A model generated the notes under the pieces. The model was not told where the DNA came from. It saw only the letters and a list, made by a program, of their open reading frames with translations, and did not search any database. From Holophaga foetida DSM 6591 (GTDB lineage Bacteria > Acidobacteriota > Holophagae > Holophagales > Holophagaceae): 30,000 nucleotides of DNA. Positions within the stretch are counted from its first letter, which is position 1. The number at the start of each line of letters is the position of its first letter. Positions 26,255 through 30,000 of this stretch are shown in pieces. The position numbers and the translations under genes were made by a program. The stretch lies in the NCBI RefSeq assembly GCF_000242615.2, contig NZ_KI912269.1:67634-97633 (forward strand), read 5' to 3'.

Positions 26255-26545
26255 TTAGACATGGTGCGCCTCGCTGCCGGAAGAATACGCTGTGAGGTGT
26301 GTCCTCACGCGTAATGTAGGTGCATTCCCACCCGGGGCAAGCGCGGGTTCCCACCTAATTCATGAACGGGAAGAACTCGTCCAGAAGGTACAGAGGCCCT
26401 GCCACTCCTACCCGAACGCATGCAGACCGGAGAGCTTCCGGCTTCATCAAGGAAAACCATTCCGCGGTGCCTTGCCTGAGTGCTGGAACAGCACCACATT
26501 GGGAGGGAAACAGGAACTCCCGAGTCCCCAGAAAGGTCAGACACC

Positions 26546-26737
26546 ATGTGCGAAGCCCGAAGACTCGTCAATCCAACAGCGCCGAACGACCCGTCGATTC
26601 CCGCCCAGCTCATGGCCATGTTCAGCCAGGTTGCCCAGGATGCGGGAGGCTACGTTGTACCCCATCCGGAGGAGCACTGCATCAACGTCGTGTTCGGGGC
26701 TCACCAGGTGGAAGTCATCATCATCCAACGCCGCTGA
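26546..26737 (+). CDS. Small hypothetical protein (63 aa)
   Basis: ATG 26546 has GAAAGG 9 nt upstream. Third codon positions are predominantly G/C, as in neighbouring real genes. A weak hairpin AAGGG...CCCTT follows the stop. I recognise no family. Confidence 0.35.
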   Translation: MCEARRLVNPTAPNDPSIPAQLMAMFSQVAQDAGGYVVPHPEEHCINVVFGAHQVEVIIIQRR

Positions 26738-26933
26738 AGGGAATCTTTTCCCCTTTGGTCGGCATCTTATTGGCAGGCGGGGTGTGGAGAGGTATCTAGG
26801 TTGGGTTGTTGGGGGATTCTTCCCTGCACTCCGCCCCAAGGAGCGTGTCCCTGCGGTTCGTAGCCGAATAACCTGCATGGACACGTCCCTTGGGGGGTGA
26901 CTGGATCCGGATCCGGCCGGTACACTGGAGCCT

Positions 26934-27728
26934 ATGAAGCCGACCACTCTTCGCTCCATCATGACTGCCCTGAGGGATCCGATCACCGGGTGTCCCTGGG
27001 ACGCCAAGCAGGACCACCAGACCCTTGCGGAGCACCTTAGGGAAGAAGTTGCGGAGACCCTGGATGCCCTGGCGGCCCATGAGATCGGCAACCCGGAAAG
27101 GGAGCGGCACCTATGCGAAGAGCTGGGGGATGTCTGGCTCCAGATTGCCTTCCACGCCCAGCTGGCCCAGGAGCGGGGCGCCTGGGATCTCCACGATGTG
27201 GAGCGCATGGCCGTTGAGAAACTGGTGAGGCGTCATCCCCACGTCTTCGCGGACGTGGATGTAACCGGTGCCGAGGAGGTGCTGGTCAACTGGGCAGCCA
27301 TCAAGCAGGAGGAGAAGGCGGCCCTGGGTCAGGCCCCCCAGAAACGCCTGCTGGATGGAATCGCCCGGAGCCTCTCCCCACTGGACGAAGCCTTCGAGAT
27401 CGGACACCGCTGCGCCAAGGTAGGTTTCGAGTGGCCCGACCTGGATGGCGCCCTGGACAAGGTGCGGGAGGAAATCGGGGAACTGCAGGCCGAGAGTGAG
27501 ATGAACCGGGTAGAAGAGGAGTTCGGAGACGTGCTCTTCAGCTTGGTGCAGTGGGGCCGAAAGAAGGGGCTGGACCCGGACCGGGCCCTGCGTCGTCAAT
27601 TGCAACGTTTCAAGAATCGCTTCAAGTCGGTCGAAGACATGGCCATGACCCATGGTGGCTGGGAGGCGCAGAACCTGGAGAGCATGGAGGCTTCCTGGCA
27701 GGCCGCCAAACGGAGTGAATCCCTGTGA
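26934..27728 (+). CDS. mazG: Nucleoside triphosphate pyrophosphohydrolase MazG
   Basis: Tandem MazG repeats are present: 'CPWDAKQDHQTLAEHLREEVAETLDAL', 'EELGDVWLQIAFHAQLA' and a second 'EEFGDVLFSLVQW'. Confidence 0.9.
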   Translation: MKPTTLRSIMTALRDPITGCPWDAKQDHQTLAEHLREEVAETLDALAAHEIGNPERERHLCEELGDVWLQIAFHAQLAQERGAWDLHDVERMAVEKLVRRHPHVFADVDVTGAEEVLVNWAAIKQEEKAALGQAPQKRLLDGIARSLSPLDEAFEIGHRCAKVGFEWPDLDGALDKVREEIGELQAESEMNRVEEEFGDVLFSLVQWGRKKGLDPDRALRRQLQRFKNRFKSVEDMAMTHGGWEAQNLESMEASWQAAKRSESL

Positions 27729-29086
27729 GCGCACTGCCCTTCTACCTCGTCACCCTCTGTCACCCGTCCTGGGACGAGGCCCTGGCCTGTGCCCGGATCC
27801 TGCCACCGGAAGCCATGCCGGAATTGCGCCTGGATCTCTTCCCTGGCCTGGACCTGGAAGAGGCCATCCGGACCCTTCGCCGTCGGTGTCTTGTAACCTG
27901 CCGCCGGGTTTCGGACGGGGGACGCTGGCCCGACGAGGATGAAAGCGGACGCCAGGCCCTGATGCAGGCGGCCGCGGAATGCAAACCGATCTGGATGGAC
28001 TGGGAGTGGGATCTGGCGGTTCCGGATTGGCTCCAGGAGCACAGAACCCATCTGCGGATCCTGAGAAGCGTCCATGTGAGCCCGGGAGTCTTCGATCTGG
28101 AGGAGCGCCTGGGCCAACTCCCAACGGGAGATGCCTTCAAGTGGGTCGGCCACGCTGGCCATCTTTCCGACAACGCACGCATCAAACCCATCCTCGCCTG
28201 GGCCCGGGATCGGCAAATTCCCCTTTCCGCCTTCCTCATGGGTGCCAAAGGCATTGCCAGTCGCTGCATGCAGGGGGCCTGGGGAGGTTCCTTCACCTAT
28301 GCCGCCCCGGATGATGTCCCCCCCGCCGCCCCCGGCCAGCTGCCCCTGGGCACCATGCGGAGCTGGCGCTGCCACCGCTTGTCCCCGGCCTTTGGACTCT
28401 GCGGCGTCTTCGGGTCCCCCGTCCTCCACTCCCGTGGGCCCGCTTTCCACAACGATCGATTCCAGAAGGCATTCAAGGACCTGCTCTACCTTCCCCTGGA
28501 GTGCGATGGGGCAGAAGAGGCCATGGAGGCACTGGAGTCCCTTGAGATCCTGGGAGCCAGTCTCACCATGCCCCTCAAGGACAGCCTGCCGACACTCATG
28601 GGAGTGCCTGGCCCCCTGAACACCCTCTGGCGCCGCTTTCCAGGCTTCCCATTCTCCGTCGCCAACACCGATTCCGAGGCCCTGGAGTACAGCCTCCTTG
28701 AACTGCCCAAGGGGCCAGTACTGGTCCTGGGCAGCGGGGGGGTTGCCGGATCCTCAAGGACGGTCGTGGAAGCCATGGGCCGTCCCTGCCTGACCCTCTC
28801 CCGCCGGAACCCCATCCCCCCCCAGGAGGTGGCGGACTTCCAACCCGTGGGTGTCATCCAGGCCACCAGCCTGGGCATGAACCCAGAGGATCCCCTCCCC
28901 TTCCCCGAACACCTTGAAGCGGCCCTGCCAACCCTCCGCTGGGGGATGGAGTGGATCTACAAGGAGGAGACCGTATTCTGCGCCTGGGTGCGCCAGGGAC
29001 GCCTCCGCCTGGTGGAGGGCAGCCGTCTCTTCGAGCTCCAGGCCCTGGCCCAGTCGAAGCGCTTCATCGAGGGCTGCGGGGGCTGA
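27725..29086 (+). CDS. aroDE: Bifunctional 3-dehydroquinate dehydratase (type I, AroD-like) / shikimate dehydrogenase (AroE) fusion
   Basis: The N-terminal half has 'PELRLDLF', 'RSVHVSP', 'FKWVGHA' and 'MGAKGIASRC...GGSFTYAA' (the type I DHQase pattern with His and Lys). The C-terminal half has 'GVFGSPVLHSRGPAFHN', 'ASLTMPLKDS', 'ANTDSEAL' and 'LGSGGVAGSS'. The GTG start at 27725 overlaps the mazG TGA (GTGA). Confidence 0.85.
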   Translation: MSALPFYLVTLCHPSWDEALACARILPPEAMPELRLDLFPGLDLEEAIRTLRRRCLVTCRRVSDGGRWPDEDESGRQALMQAAAECKPIWMDWEWDLAVPDWLQEHRTHLRILRSVHVSPGVFDLEERLGQLPTGDAFKWVGHAGHLSDNARIKPILAWARDRQIPLSAFLMGAKGIASRCMQGAWGGSFTYAAPDDVPPAAPGQLPLGTMRSWRCHRLSPAFGLCGVFGSPVLHSRGPAFHNDRFQKAFKDLLYLPLECDGAEEAMEALESLEILGASLTMPLKDSLPTLMGVPGPLNTLWRRFPGFPFSVANTDSEALEYSLLELPKGPVLVLGSGGVAGSSRTVVEAMGRPCLTLSRRNPIPPQEVADFQPVGVIQATSLGMNPEDPLPFPEHLEAALPTLRWGMEWIYKEETVFCAWVRQGRLRLVEGSRLFELQALAQSKRFIEGCGG

Positions 29087-29096
29087 AGATCAATCT

Positions 29097-29170
29097 CACG
29101 CGGAGGCGCGGAGAAGCGGAGGAAAAGCAGGATCACTTTTCTTTCTCCGCGCTCTCCGCGCCTCCGCGTG
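29097..29170. terminator. Long GC-rich inverted repeat between convergent aroDE and the uracil permease gene (probable terminator for aroDE; T-rich tract follows on + strand)
   Basis: The arm CACGCGGAGGCGCGGAGA (29097-29114) is perfectly complementary over 18 bp to TCTCCGCGCCTCCGCGTG (29153-29170). Pairing extends imperfectly inward. 'ggtccttcttttcc' follows on the + strand. Confidence 0.6.
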
Positions 29171-29183
29171 GGTCCTTCTTTTC

Positions 29184-30000
29184 CTAGACGTCAGCCTCGA
29201 TCTCGGGCCCCTCGTTGCTGATCCCGGCCTTGTCGAAGATCCAGAAGGCCAGACTCAGGATGATGGCGACAACCGTCCCGAGGGCCATGCCCTTGAGTTC
29301 CACGGTGCCGAGCTTGATAGCGGCGCCGCTGATGCCGCTGACCAGGACCACGCTGGTCAGCACCATGTTCCGGGGCTTGGTGTAGTCGACCTTCTTTTCC
29401 ACCAGCATCCGGATACCGGCCACGGCGATGACGCCGAAGAGCAGGAGGCAGACGCCCCCCATGACGGGCACAGGGATGGCCCGGATGGTGGCAGCGATTT
29501 TGCCGGAGAAGCTCACCACGATGGCGATGATGGCGGCGCCCCTGATGACCCACACGCTGTAGACCTTGGTGATGGCCATGACGCCGATGTTCTCGCCGTA
29601 GGTCGTGTTGGGGGTGGCGCCAGTGAAGCCCGAGACGATATTCGAGATGCCATCCCCCAGGAGGGAGCGGTGAAGACCGGGGTCCTTCATCAGATCGCGG
29701 TCCACGATGTTGCCGGTCACCATCAGGTGCCCGATGTGCTCCGCCAGCACCACGAGGGCGGCGGGCATGATCATCATGATGGCCTGGGGATGGAAGGTGG
29801 GCTTGTAGAAGGTGGGCACCTGGAACCAGGGAGCGGCGGCGATGGCCGCCAGATCAACCTTGCCCATGATGAGCGCAAGCACAGTGCCGCCCACCACGCC
29901 GAGCAGCACCGGGATGACTGCCAGGAATCCCCGCAGGAGCACAGAGCACAGGATGGTCAGCAACAGCGTGACGATGGAGACGGTGATGGCCGAGCTGATC
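29184..30000 (-). CDS. uraA: Uracil permease (NCS2 family), 5' end beyond the window
   Basis: The protein reads 'TTYGENIGVMAITKVYSVWVIRGAAIIAIVVSFSGKIAATIRAIPVPVMGGVCLLLFGVIAVAGIRMLVEKKVDY'. It is nearly colinear with E. coli UraA as I recall it. The reading frame stays open to the window edge. Confidence 0.85.
   Translation of the reverse strand, partial: ISSAITVSIVTLLLTILCSVLLRGFLAVIPVLLGVVGGTVLALIMGKVDLAAIAAAPWFQVPTFYKPTFHPQAIMMIMPAALVVLAEHIGHLMVTGNIVDRDLMKDPGLHRSLLGDGISNIVSGFTGATPNTTYGENIGVMAITKVYSVWVIRGAAIIAIVVSFSGKIAATIRAIPVPVMGGVCLLLFGVIAVAGIRMLVEKKVDYTKPRNMVLTSVVLVSGISGAAIKLGTVELKGMALGTVVAIILSLAFWIFDKAGISNEGPEIEADV

Noticed and set aside
26836-26890. tRNA-like fragment: 'GCGGTTCGTAGCCGA' resembling a T-arm, enclosed by a GTGTCC...GGACAC stem
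   Set aside because: The putative T-stem does not pair (GCGG vs CCGA). No acceptor, D or anticodon arms can be built.
26292-26900. 202-aa, 145-aa and 104-aa ORFs covering the orphan region next to the IS
   Set aside because: They overlap one another, have basic and Ser/Pro-rich compositions, and lack plausible RBSs and family motifs. Only the 63-aa frame at 26546-26737 shows gene-like codon bias.
1-30000. Search for CRISPR arrays, rRNA/tRNA genes, integrase or phage modules, toxin-antitoxin pairs and recognisable defence genes
   Set aside because: I saw no regularly spaced direct repeats, no conserved rRNA or tRNA signatures, and no defence-associated domains. The PIN domain present is part of a PhoH2-type housekeeping fusion, not a VapBC pair.

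Overview
This GC-rich window is densely packed with mostly chromosomal housekeeping genes from a diderm (lpxC present), apparently anaerobic bacterium. I did not find a CRISPR array, rRNA, tRNA, prophage or a recognisable defence island.

Gene content, left to right:
- mutS2, convergent with a cytoplasmic PAS-PAS hybrid histidine kinase.
- A three-gene HydB-HydA-HydC operon, a NuoF/NuoE-coupled and putatively electron-bifurcating [FeFe]-hydrogenase.
- mscL.
- A minus-strand block: lpxC, ispD, rlpA.
- A minus-strand operon: PIN-PhoH ATPase, a small membrane protein, tyrS, and a DUF4388-like/TM/SPOR-like protein.
- A minus-strand operon: CoA-transferase, acyl-CoA dehydrogenase, EtfB, and ferredoxin-fused EtfA.
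- tsaD and gatC.
- A lipoprotein and a cytidylate-kinase-like protein.
- One intact-looking 911-bp IS5-family insertion with a TTA target duplication.
- About 670 bp of unexplained sequence holding one small ORF.
- mazG, an aroD-aroE fusion, and a truncated uracil permease.

Items most worth follow-up:
- A natural Cys-to-Ser change in the H-cluster TSCCPxW motif of HydA.
- The Car-like CoA-transferase/ACAD/Etf(Fd) module, which has a CRP/FNR-type palindrome upstream.
- The IS with a +1-frame orfA/orfB arrangement at an A6 run, inserted 40 bp upstream of a gene.
- The orphan region at 26258-26933.

I found no convincing novel multi-gene system. Many long ORFs in the supplied track are antisense or alternative-frame artefacts of the high GC content.
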